NCBI RefSeq assembly: GCF_006345805.1
Contig: NC_043006.1
Location: 19,034,001-19,098,000, forward strand
Reading direction: 5' to 3'
Length of the DNA stretch: 64,000 nucleotides
DNA from: Octopus sinensis
Taxonomy: Eukaryota
Both the position numbers and the translations under genes were made by a program. This document shows, piece by piece, positions 27,448-40,663 of this stretch. Positions within the stretch are counted from its first letter, which is position 1, and the number at the start of each line of letters is the position of its first letter. The notes beneath the pieces were generated by a model. That model saw only the letters and a list, made by a program, of their open reading frames with translations, was not told the DNA's origin and searched no databases.

Positions 27448-28284
27448 AGTTAACAAGAATTGTATTGGCATTTATACATTTAGGTAGGTTTAAAGGGGTG
27501 TTGGTGGGGGACTTTTTGGGGGTAGGCATAGCGCAAAATATCATACTTGGGGGAGTGGTCAAGGAGTCAGTGTTAAATTAGATTAAAGAATAAATAAAAA
27601 ATTAAAAAAATATAAAATTATAAAAATATAATAAAAAAAGGGTAATAGTTTTAGGTAAATAAGGAGATTCTCACTTATACCTATGCACATATGTATACAT
27701 ATATACACACACACACAAACATATATACATATACATACACACATACGTACACACACACATAATACATATATATACACTTACACATACATATACATATCTA
27801 CACATACACATGTATGTATACATACACACACTCACATGCATACACGTATACACACATGTATATATACACACACGACCACACATACATATACACACAGAAA
27901 AATATATATACACATACACACACATACTCACATACACGCATACACACACATATCCACACACACACATGCACACACAGCACACTAGTCCCTATATACACAT
28001 ATATACACATATATGTGTGTGTGTATATATGTATACATATGTGCATAGGTATAAGTGAGAATCTCCTTATTTACCTAAAACTCTATTCCCTTTTTTATAT
28101 ATATTTTTATATATTTTTTATATATTTTTTATTTTTTTATTTATTCTTCTATCTAATTTAACACTGACTCCTTGACCACTCCCCAAGTATGATATTTTGC
28201 GCTATGCCTACCCCCAAAAAGTCCCCACCAACACCCCTTTAAACCTGCCTAAATGTATAAATGCCAATACAATTCTTGTTAACT

Positions 28285-28335
28285 AGCTTCCTGACGATTT
28301 CTCTTGAATGAAACAGTTCTAGTCCTGTAGAAGCT
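28285..28335 (+). ncRNA. Type I hammerhead ribozyme motif
   Basis: Same fold with core CUGACGA and stem II loop ucuu. Confidence 0.7.
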
Positions 28336-28944
28336 CCTTCTATATAATAAATTAATAATATAATATATAATATATATATATATATATTATATATATAATA
28401 TATATATATATGCATATCTGATTGTTTTTGAGAAAGAAGACTGATTAGAAATTATCTCACAATATAGAAGCTTGCACTTACAAGTGCTCAAGTGTAGCTT
28501 TAGTCGAAATATATAAATATATAACGTGAAGAAAGAAAAGACCTGCTAATTCAATCAGCGAACATGAACCCCATTAGACATGGATTTAAAGGACAATTGT
28601 ATATGATAGTTATGATAGTACACAGTTATTTCTTTTTTATAATCTATAAGTAAATAAATATAATAAAAATTTATATGTGTAAAGTAACAGATTTTAAAGA
28701 ATCTCCGGATGCCGACATAAAATCGTTAAAACATGCGTGTATCGGTAAAAACTCCGAAGTAGTGATGAAAACCAGCTAAAAGATACAATGAGGATCGAAG
28801 TTAAAATTCGGAATAGTTAAATTTAGTTAAAGGAGGGTACCAACAGCCGTTTTGGGTGCCTCATAGTGGGTAAAAATAAAGGTATATAGTACCCATTATT
28901 TGGCAATTCCTCCTTCGTTAGGTTAACGGGTTTTCCATGTTCTA

Positions 28945-29508
28945 TTCTACAGTAGGCACAAGGCCCGAAATTTTGGGGGAAGTGGCAAGTTGATTAGATC
29001 GGCCCTAATATGCAACTAGCACTTAATTTATCGACCCCAAGAGGATGAACAGCAAAGTCGAGCTCAGCAGAATTTGAACTCAAAACGTATAGACAAATGA
29101 AATTTCTTTACTACCCACAAGGAGCTAAACACAGAGGGAACAAACAAGGACAGACAAAGGGATTAAGTCGATTACATCGACCCCAGTGCGTAACTGGAAC
29201 TTATTTTATCGACCCCGAAAGGATGAAAGGCAAAGTCGACCTCGGCGGAATTTGAACTCAGAACGTAACGTCAGACGAAATACCTATTTCTTTACTACCC
29301 ACAAGGGGCTAAACACAGAGGGAACAAACAAGGACGGACAAACGGATTAAGTCGATTGAATCGACCCCAGTGCTTAACTGGTACTTATTTTATCGACCCC
29401 GAAAGGATGAAAGGCAAAGTCGACCTCGGCGGAATTTGAACTCAGAACGTAACGAAATACCGCTAAGCATTTCGCCCGGCTTGCTAACGTTCCCGCCAGC
29501 TCGCCGCC
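28945..29508 (-). mobile_element. Head-to-tail array of three family C SINE units
   Basis: Units 28945-29101, 29102-29283 and 29283-29508; the core aaagtcgac...tttgaactc occurs three times. Confidence 0.88.
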
Positions 29509-29680
29509 TTGCTGGTTTTCCATGTTGACAAAAATGTTCTCTGTGTATTTATATATTTTAAATCTATCACGTTCAATATTATCCTTTAAATTCATATCTA
29601 ATAGGCGTCATGTTTGCGGATTGAATTACTTAGCCTTTTGTTTCTTCACATTACACACACACACACACACACACGCGCGC

Positions 29681-29727
<47 letters not shown>

Positions 29728-30329
29728 CGTGTGTGTAGCGCGCGTGTATTTGTGTGGGTGTGTATGCGTATATGTATATGAAGCCGAGCATCGGCAGCGT
29801 TATCTACACGTACATCTGCTCCAGTAGCAAGTACACCAGCGCAACGACCACTACAATAGTAGCAGCAGCACTACTACCACTACCACCACTATCACCACTA
29901 TAAACTACAGGCACAACAACAGCAGCAGCAGTGGTTGCTGTGGTTTCTTTCATTGCTGCTTCTTTTTCGTTCTCACCAAAAATAACCACGATGTCAAGAC
30001 GTTCTGTCTAACTTTCTTACACAGAAACAGCGCACATGCAATAATGGATTCACACACACACACACAGACGAAGCACATATACATATACACATATGCATAA
30101 CACGTATACACACACACACACACATACATACGCAATCACACGTACATACGCAACAACACATGTGCACATACAGACACACACACACATGCATCTCTACGTA
30201 TGCAGTTTTAATGTGCTTTTTTTATACTATCCGGTTTGACATCTATGGCAGCACCATAGTTTTGAATTGAATATGCGTGTATTTGTGTGCGAGCGATAAA
30301 CAGGCTTTTTTTTTTTTTTTACAGTTTCT

Positions 30330-31400
<1,071 letters not shown>

Positions 31401-31559
31401 CTAAATTAATAATACATAAAAACAATCATAAATCGGGATTAATTACAGTATATTCCAAGAATACTTTTTCCTGATCTCCGGTCGTCATTCATGTCAAGTG
31501 ATCCGATACTAATAAAATATTTTAAAATCTTAATAATTTAAAGTTTTGTCGCTAATATA

Positions 31560-31978
31560 CAGGAGTGGCTGTGTGGTAAGTAGCTTGCTAACCAACCACA
31601 TGGTTCCGGGTTCAGTCCCACTGCGTTGCATCTTGGGCAAGTGTCTTCTGCTATAGCCCCGGGCCGACCAATGCCTTGTGAGTGGATTTGGTAGACGGAA
31701 ACTGAAAGAAGCCTGTTGTATATATGTATGTATATATATGTGTGTGTGTGTGTGTATTTGTGTGTGGGGGTTTGTCCCCCTAGCATTGCTTGACAACCGA
31801 TGCTGGTGTGTTTACGTCCCCGTCACTTAGCGGTTCGGCAAAAGAGACCGATAGAATAAGTACTGGGCTTACAAAGAATAAGTACTAGGGGTTCGATTTT
31901 CTCGACTAACGGCAGTGCTCCAGCATGGCCGCAGTCAAATGACTGAAACAAGTAAAAGAGTAAAAGAGTAAAGAGAGT
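31560..31978 (+). mobile_element. SINE family B
   Basis: Family consensus, (agtaaaag)n tail. Confidence 0.9.
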
Positions 31979-32148
31979 ATACCTTCGACTATCACTGGTG
32001 CAACGTTCCATATTCTACCATATTCTACTCATATCTGCACTCAGTCTTTGGAGGTTCTTGTGTCCCAGCATATGTGCTGTTGATTTTAGTTTCCGTATTT
32101 TCCAGTGGTGTTCCCTGTCTATTATTTTAACTCCATCCCACAGAGGTG

Positions 32149-32498
32149 TGGAAGCACTCCGTCGGTTACGACGATGAGGGTTCCGGTTGATCCGAATCAA
32201 CGGAACAGCCTGCTCGTGAAATTAACGTGTAAGTGGCTGAGTACTCCACAGACACGTGCACCCTTAACGTAGTTCTCGGGAATATTCAGCGTGACACAGA
32301 GAGTGACAAGGCCGGCCCTTTGAAATACAGGTACAACAGAAACAGGAAGAAAGAGAGAGAGAAAGTTGTGGTGAAAGAGTACAGCAGGGATCACCACCAT
32401 CCCCTGCCGGAACCTCGTGGAGCTTTAGGTGTTTTCGCTCAATAAACACTCACAACGCCCGATCTGGGAATCGAAACCGCGATCCTATGACCGTGAGT
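32149..32498 (-). mobile_element. SINE family A, head truncated
   Basis: Matches 12714-13102 until about 32498. Confidence 0.88.
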
Positions 32499-32544
32499 TC
32501 AATTCCAGGCAGAGCCTCGAATAAATAATGATAATAATAATATG

Positions 32545-32752
32545 TTTCTTTATTACCCACAAGGGCTAAACATAGAGGGAACAAACAAGGACAGACAAAC
32601 GGATTAAGTCGATTACATCAACCCCAGTGGTACTTAATTTATCGACCCCGAAAGGATGAAAGGCAAAGTCAACCTCGGCGCAATTTGAGCTAAGAACGTA
32701 CCGGCAGACGAAATACGGCAACGCATTTCGCCCGCCGTGATAACGGTTCTGC
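32545..32752 (-). mobile_element. SINE family C
   Basis: Family core and tail. Confidence 0.82.
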
Positions 32753-33850
32753 TAACAATATCAAAAATATCTTAGGAATGAGAACTCAGCTTTGGGTTTA
32801 AAAATTCTACCAGGACTCCCTAATGAAGGCTGGAGAGTAAATCAGCCGAAACTTTGTGGTAACAACAAACAAGATAAGCACACATATCCGTTCAATGTAA
32901 ATAATATACAGAATTCCTCATCTCTAAAATATAGAACAGTACTACATATTTTCTTTTAATATATTCTAATTAATGTGTTCTACAGTGCAGTAATGTACTG
33001 CATTTTAATTTATTAATTTTTAAGCGTGAAAATGCTTTTTTATAACAGAATTATATCAAATCTAAAAAAAATAAATAAATACGTATCGGCCGCAGAATCC
33101 CGTGATATACTGAGGAGTCCGCGATATAAATTAACGTATATTAGCCAGAAAAATCCGAGATGTACTGAGGGCGCGATAAGTGAACCGCGATATGACGAGT
33201 GATTACTGAAGATGTTTATAAACACCGTATCAGCCATGATTAAGGCTTAGATATGATCAAACATAGTCCTATTGGGACCACCTTTTGAGAGAGAAGTGAC
33301 TACTTGCGAATGACAATATAAAATCTTACTGTCTCGTTTGAATTAATACTGATTAAAATTTGCGCTCAGAAACGAGAATTTTTCACATAGGGAATCATGA
33401 AATATAAGAGAGTAGGTTACTAGGACACCAACATAACTTCACAAATAAAGATTTCCATAAGATTATCACACTAGATAAATCTATTTATTTCTATCTCTCA
33501 CTCTCTCCCACTCTCTCTATTCTATAATAAATTATTATATGCGCAGTAAACAATGAGAGTCGAAATGCTTTGAATTTCTCTATTTACCGTGCGTATAACG
33601 ATCCATCGTCGGCAGGAAGATATCAGCACGGATCGGCGAACAGTTTGTTCGCTGATAGCAAACATACAAACAAGGCCATCAGCTCTCGTTAGATTCAGTT
33701 ATCTGAGTCATTCTAGCAGACGGGAAACATGTCGAAACAGCTGTATCCTAGTAACACATAGGAACATATATTCATCGTAAAGAAGAAGTTTTCCGGAAGG
33801 CATTAAGATTAAATTATAGATATGCAAATCTTCGTGTATATATATACATG

Positions 33851-33911
<61 letters not shown>

Positions 33912-33941
33912 TGACAGATAGAGAGAGAGAGAGTGACAGAT

Positions 33942-33972
<31 letters not shown>

Positions 33973-34054
33973 TAGATAGATAGATATATAGATAGATATA
34001 CATGCGCGTGTGAAAATAGATAAAATACATAGATAGTACATACAAATATATATG

Positions 34055-34088
<34 letters not shown>

Positions 34089-34396
34089 CATATAAATAAA
34101 CACACACACACACATATAAAGTACGTAAATACATAACACATCTCACAGGCACACACGCGCACACATACACACGCATATTACACACACGTTCATATATTCA
34201 CATTTGAATTTTACAAGTAAAAGATTAAATGCGACTTCGAAGTCGCATCAGAGTGTAGAGTACAATTTGTTTATCTATGAATAACATTCTGAGCAATGTG
34301 TATGGAAAGCAGGTGTGGTGCATTTTGTTCCATCTCGTGGATGGAACTATACAAATACACACATACACATACACACACACATACGTATATATATAT

Positions 34397-34438
<42 letters not shown>

Positions 34439-34440
<2 letters not shown>

Positions 34441-34693
34441 TAAAAACGGTAAGATAACAAAAGAAAGAAAGAGACCTCAATATTATGTAAATAGAGGAAA
34501 TTTATCTGTAAATTAATATGTGGCAATTATACAATAGCCAAGATAAAACTCTGAGTTTTATATATATATATATATATATAAAGATATAGAGATGGCCAGA
34601 TAACCGAAGAGATGGTGTTGTGGATTTCCACTTCGGCATCCGAAACTCAGAGTTTTATCTTGGCTATTGTATAATTGTCACATATTAATTTAC

Positions 34694-34697
<4 letters not shown>
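34439..34697. mobile_element. Penelope-like pLTR relic with 55-bp inverted arms (34504-34558, 34643-34697)
   Basis: Arms are reverse complements with one mismatch; degenerate hammerhead at 34598-34660 (AGAUAA-CCGAAGA..GAA-ACUCAGAGU-U-UUAUCU); (TA)n flanks. Confidence 0.65.
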
Positions 34698-34789
<92 letters not shown>

Positions 34790-34792
<3 letters not shown>

Positions 34793-35234
34793 ATAAAATA
34801 TTAGGAAATAAATCCAAACTTACAGGGAAAAATCAGATTTAGGATTGAATCCAATTTTATAGTAAAAAATTATATTATATTAAATTAGAGATAAAACCAC
34901 TATTAGGCAAATCAAAGAATGAAAAACTTAAGCCGATACATAAAATTAATTAATTTATATTATTTTAAATATATATCAAAAGTATTAAAAGTTTAATAAA
35001 AGATAATGAGTAAAACACTACGATCGTTTCATGGCTGTCCAATTCGTAATAATTCGAGTTATGGTTATAGTCAATCTTCAAGTAATTGAAATATTTATCT
35101 TAGCGAGGTTTAGCTTTTAATACTTTTGATATATATTTAAAATAATATAAATTAATTAATTTTATGTATTGGCTTAAGTTTTTCATTGTTTGATTTGCCT
35201 AATAGTGGTTTTATCTCTAATTTAATATAATATA
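34790..35234. mobile_element. Penelope-like relic with 121-bp inverted arms (34871-34991, 35114-35234)
   Basis: Near-perfect arms; spacer has a minus-strand UUGAAGA...GAA-ACGAUCGU-A remnant at 35016-35084. Confidence 0.6.
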
Positions 35235-35238
35235 TATA

Positions 35239-35727
35239 TTTTTTTTTTCTTTTTTTTTTTTCCCCCGTCTGTCTTGATAGACAATGGGTCGCCCCAAGGG
35301 TGGGGCCTACTTTGATGATGAGCAGCGTCTGCTGTGACTGAACAGTCCAATTCTAGTGTGGCAGTCCCTGGTACAGTTGCTGCACACGAACATCGATGGG
35401 TACGTGTGGGGTGTTGCTGCAGTAGTCCTCCTCCTGTCCCGCCTGTCCGACCACAGCTGTGCTCTCCTTTCCTCAGCCATGGAAACGCCTTTCCTCACTG
35501 TCCGACGCCAGGCAGAGCGGTCAGCAGCTGTTACCTCCCACGTGTCCACACAGATGTTTGCAGTCCTCAGGTCGCGCTTGCACACATCCCTGTATCGTAG
35601 CTGTGGACGTCCCTTGGGTCGGGATCCCTTGGTGAGTTCGCTGTACAGGATGTCTTTAGGCATGCGACCGTCCTGCATGCGGCAGACGTGTCCGAGCCAG
35701 CGCAGTCGTCTCCGCACGAGGAGGGCA
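35239..35727 (-). mobile_element. 5'-truncated RTE-clade LINE with poly(A) tail
   Basis: RRLRWLGHVCRM..PKDILYSEL..RPKGRPQLRYRD..W, C-terminal CSNC..SH zinc finger, short 3' UTR, A-tail at 35239-35261; inserted in (TA)n. Confidence 0.92.
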
Positions 35728-36407
35728 TATATATATATATATACATTCGCGTACACTGGCATATATGTATGCACACACTCACACACAGAAATATATACCT
35801 ACATACTAGTAAGAGACTTAACGATTGGCAGGAATATTAGTTTCATATATATCACAAAACGCGTTTTGCTTCCATTCATTATGCCATTAAGCATAAATCG
35901 TCAGTTAAATTGCCGTTATATTTATTACGTTTTTTCCAGTCCGTTCCACTCTTTATTTGTTTCGTCAACAACGTCTTGTAATCCGTTTTCAGTCGACTGA
36001 CGATGTATCATGGACTGAAATTCAAAGAATGAGCCTAATGCCGAAGAGGTCTTGTGCTGCTAGCGACATTAACAGTATCTATGACATTGTAATTACTTAT
36101 GAATCAAGGATGATGAATTGCTGGTCTCCCTAGTTATCAAGTGCAACCTTCTGTGGTTTATTGAGATATAAAAGCCAAGGATGCTAAACAGTTGTAATAA
36201 TATAGAACAGAATATCACTACTGAACTCTTACGAAATAGATACAAGTTAATGCTGAAGCATTCTACCAAGCTTTGAAAATGATTTACACATGGGGTACAT
36301 AATACATATAACCGTAAAAAGAAGAAAATTCAATGTAGGTGAAATAGATAGCAATCTTAACAAATAATTAAGGCACAAGCAGGAAGAATGTTTAAGACAC
36401 AAGGTAT

Positions 36408-36520
36408 AATGCTAAGGACATTTCGTCCGTCTTAATGTTCTGAGCTCAAATTCCACCGAGATCGACTTTGCCTTTTATCTTTTCGAGATCGATAAAATAA
36501 GTACCGTTCGAGCACTGGGG
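36408..36520 (+). mobile_element. Partial SINE family C
   Basis: Core gactttgccttttatctttcgagatcgataaaataagtacc. Confidence 0.7.
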
Positions 36521-37250
36521 TTTACACCCTCCCATGGAATTGCTGGCCTTCTGACAGAATTTGAAACCAATATCAATAAACATTGCCAGTTCTATGATAC
36601 TTAAGCAACAAACTACCGAGTAGCATATTACTGAAATTGAAAAAGTATTGAAAGTATTGAAAAAGAGAAGAATTGAAAAGCATTTTTTTGCCGTGAGGCA
36701 TATGCAAACTTCACAATTTGACGCACTTATCCACATAGGGCCTACAAGTAAGCGGACGCATTTCGCTTCAGTTACAAACATGCAAATAAGAAGAAATTAC
36801 AAAGTATACAGTTTGCCATATCGACTAGAGAAGAATGATTGTTAGCAAATGTCAGTCACTGATTTGATTTTAATAGTGCTGTATATGCGTATCAATCTAT
36901 CGAAGTTTGTAATTGGTTCGATTGTTTGCAGGCTTTGTTGCTGCTATGAATTAATAATTTATTAGTGTATTTTTCGTAATTTCGTTCATTTGCTTCTTTG
37001 TCATGTAAAAAAAAATCCAAAACAACGAAGAAGAACATAGAGTCTTTAATGGCAAATGGGAGATATAATATTTTATAGTGTTTTGTAGCATGAGAGGTTA
37101 GCTCTATGATACCGTATTTTCCATAATAAAGAGATACAATGCGCATCAACATTCTGCTAATCACGAAGATAAAAATATGAACATTAAATGAGTGAATTTC
37201 TCAGGATTATTGAAGAAATTAAAAGATTTTACAACTGAGGCAACGATTAC

Positions 37251-37667
37251 AGGCGCAGGAGTGGCTGTGTGGTAAGTAGCTTGCTAACCAGCCACATGGT
37301 TCCGGGTTCAGTCCCACTGCGTGGCATCTTGGGCAACTGTCTTCTGCTATAGCCTCGGGCCGACCAATGCCTTGTGAGTGGATTTGGTAGACGGAAACTG
37401 AAAGAAGCCTGTCGTATATATGTATATATATATATAAGTGTGTGTGTATGTGTTTGTGTGTCTGTGTTTGTCCCCCTAGCATTGCTTGACAACCGATGCT
37501 GGTGTGTTTACGTCCCCGTCACTTAGCGGTTCGGCAAAAGAGACCGATAGAATAAGTACTGGGCTTACAAAGAATAAGTCCCGGGGTTGAGTTGCTCGAT
37601 TAAAGGCGGTGCTCCAGCATGGCCGCAGTCAAATGACTGAAACAAGTAAAAGAGTAAAAGAGAGAGT
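37251..37667 (+). mobile_element. SINE family B
   Basis: Family consensus; attaca on both flanks. Confidence 0.9.
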
Positions 37668-38406
37668 ATTACAATGCAATGTGTGAGCTTGGGAAGAATG
37701 GTAAGCAATTTAGTGCTACTAAAGGAATCCCTTGTTGAAGATGTATGATCCTGATATCCAGAGTTAACAAATGTATAAATGTACGTCTTCCAAGAAGAAC
37801 CAACATACGTGAAGAGCTTGAATTTTAACAATTATGTAACCGAGTTACTTCAAAACTAATAATCTAAAACCAAAAATCATGTTTGTTTGTTTTTTTATTA
37901 CATACGCGTAATGATCCTTCCAAGATACAACACAAACCATATTAACCAATAGCTTTGAATTAATCAACAGATTTCATTAATTCAGAGCAAATATATTTGC
38001 TTCATAATGTAGTTGATTTTCTTGTATTTTAAGAAATTTCCCTTTTTGTTTACACTTAAGGAGAATTGACTTTCCCAAAAACTTTAAACATGTCATGAAG
38101 TCGAATGAAACGGGCGAGTCATGTACAGATGGTGTTCCATCTATGAATGGGGAAAATTATTATTTTTTTTTTGTTATTATGCAACTAAAAAAAGAAAGAT
38201 CTTCCAAATGCATTGATTTCTTGTCACTGCATTTTGCATCAGCAAAATGTTGTCAAATGTGTCGTTTTCAACACTTTGCAAAATGTTAGACATACATATA
38301 TTTATATCTACATACAGGCATACACACACGCACACAGACACAAACACACATACACACACGCGCACACAGACACAAACACACATAAACACATATATATCCA
38401 CTTATA

Positions 38407-38602
38407 TTCTTTTACTTTTTTCAGTTATTTGACGACAGCCATGCTGAAGTAGTGCCTTTAGTCGAACAAGTCGACCCCAGGACTTATTACTTGTAAACTA
38501 GTACTTATTTTATCGGTCACTTTGCCGAACCGCTATGTTACAGGGACGAAAACACAACATCAGTTCACAAGCGATGGTGGGGACAAACACACACATATAT
38601 GC

Positions 38603-38656
<54 letters not shown>

Positions 38657-38868
38657 GCGTGTGTGTGTGTGTATACACATACATACATATATGTATACAT
38701 ATATATTTGCATGTATGTATATGCATACAACGGGCTTCTTTCAGTTTCCGTCTACCAAATCCACTCACGAGGCTTTCGTCGGCTTGAGGCTGTAGGAGAA
38801 GACACCTGCTCAAGATGCCACGCAGTGGGACTGATCCTGGAATCATGTGGTTGGTATGCAAGCTACTT
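38407..38868 (-). mobile_element. Diverged SINE family B
   Basis: Reverse-complement family motifs with substitutions. Confidence 0.82.
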
Positions 38869-38921
38869 TATTTCATTAAGATTTGCCATAAAAGCATTAT
38901 AAAGAGTAGCTTACGGGCTGG

Positions 38922-38971
<50 letters not shown>

Positions 38972-38984
38972 GCATATATATGCA

Positions 38985-39032
<48 letters not shown>

Positions 39033-39112
39033 ATATATATATATATATATATGCATATACATTATATATATACCCACATACATACATACTTATATATGTA
39101 TGTATATATATA

Positions 39113-39960
39113 CAGGGTGGGTGGAAAGTAACTAGTCATTAGAAATTGCTTATAGAAATTTTAGTAGCAATGAAGTCATGACGAATGCATTTTTAAACAG
39201 GCAAAACTAATGGCAATTTCTTATTGTCCCATTTTTTTTTTATTTCTTATTCTCCAGATGGCCGGTAGCTTGACTTTTCAGGAGCGAGCTAAGATAGCAG
39301 CACGCTATGAAATGTAAAATTCCTTTGTTTTGGTTAAGAGATGGTGGCGTGCAAGGAAAGGTCTGGAAACAAAAAAAAAAAAACTGTTATGCAAAGCTGA
39401 TGACCACTGGCATTGTGAACGACGCAGGAAGTGGCTGCCCAACCACATCCCGAACAGCGGAGAACCTGGGAACAGTGCAGGACATGTATAATTACAACCT
39501 GCAAAAATCAGCACGTCAAGCAGCTCGTGAAAGTGGGCTAGCAAGACACACAATACCTACAGTGTTGCATAAAGGATTGAATTTTCGTCAGTAGAAACCC
39601 GATTACGTGCAAGAACTAAAACTTGAAGACTGTGACTGCAGAAGTCCAGAACGCCAGAACTCCAAGTAGTCCAGATCACACTCCATGTGATTTCGACCTG
39701 TGGAGCTACAATAAAAAAAAGATAAAAGCAAAGAGGTGTACAAAAAAAGAAAAACCGCGCACACTGCAGGATTTGGAGACGCGAATTCAGGAGGTTCTTA
39801 ATGATATCCCAGACGACGTCCTTCAGATGGTTTTTCATTCCATCCCTGGTAGTTTGAGGAAACTGGATGACACCACCGGCGCTTACGTTGAAATATGAAG
39901 ATTTACTTTCATTTTCACTTCCAATAAAGAACTTGTACCATTTGTTTCAATAAGAAATGG
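39113..39960 (+). mobile_element. Internally deleted Tc1/mariner-superfamily transposon
   Basis: TA-CAGGGTGG start; HTH-like SGCPTTSRTAEN..QKSARQAARESGL; SPDHTPCDFDLWSY; middle of the catalytic domain missing. Confidence 0.75.
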
Positions 39961-39977
39961 ATTTTATATATATATAA

Positions 39978-40134
39978 AGTGGCTGTGTGGTAAGTAGCTT
40001 GCTAACCAACCACATGGTTCCGGGTTCAGTCCCACTGCGTGGCATCTTGGGCAAGTGTCTTCTGCTATAGCCCCGGGCCGACCAATGCCTTGTGAGTGGA
40101 TTTGGTATACGGAAACTGAAAGAAGCCTGTCGTA

Positions 40135-40188
<54 letters not shown>

Positions 40189-40410
40189 ATATGTATGTGT
40201 GTGTGTTTGTATGTCTGTGTTTGTCCCCCTAGCATTGCTTGACAACAGATGCTGGTGTGTTTACGTCCCGTCACTTAGCGGTTCGGCAAAAAAGAGACCC
40301 ATAGAATAAGTACTGGGCTTACAAAGAATAAGTCCTGGGGTCAATTTGCTCGACTAAAGGCGGTGCTCCAGCATGGCCGCAGTCAAATGACTGAAACAAG
40401 TAAAAAAAAA
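39978..40410 (+). mobile_element. SINE family B
   Basis: Family consensus. Confidence 0.9.
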
Positions 40411-40592
40411 GAAAAAGAAAGAAAGAATATATATATATGATAGTGCAAAACAGTAGTATTGCTTCCCAGTAAAGCAAAGCACCATCAGGTTAAAGTATAC
40501 ATAAGATAGCGGAACATTGGTGCATTGTTGTGCCACTATCTTATATACGTATGTATGTATGTATGTATATATATATATATATATATATATAC

Positions 40593-40663
<71 letters not shown>

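Larger units (their letters stand above)
27311..28356. mobile_element. Penelope-like pLTR inverted pair (arms 27376-27715 and 28014-28356)
   Basis: About 340-bp reverse-complement arms with scattered mismatches; hammerhead motif in each; (TA)n flanks. Confidence 0.8.
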
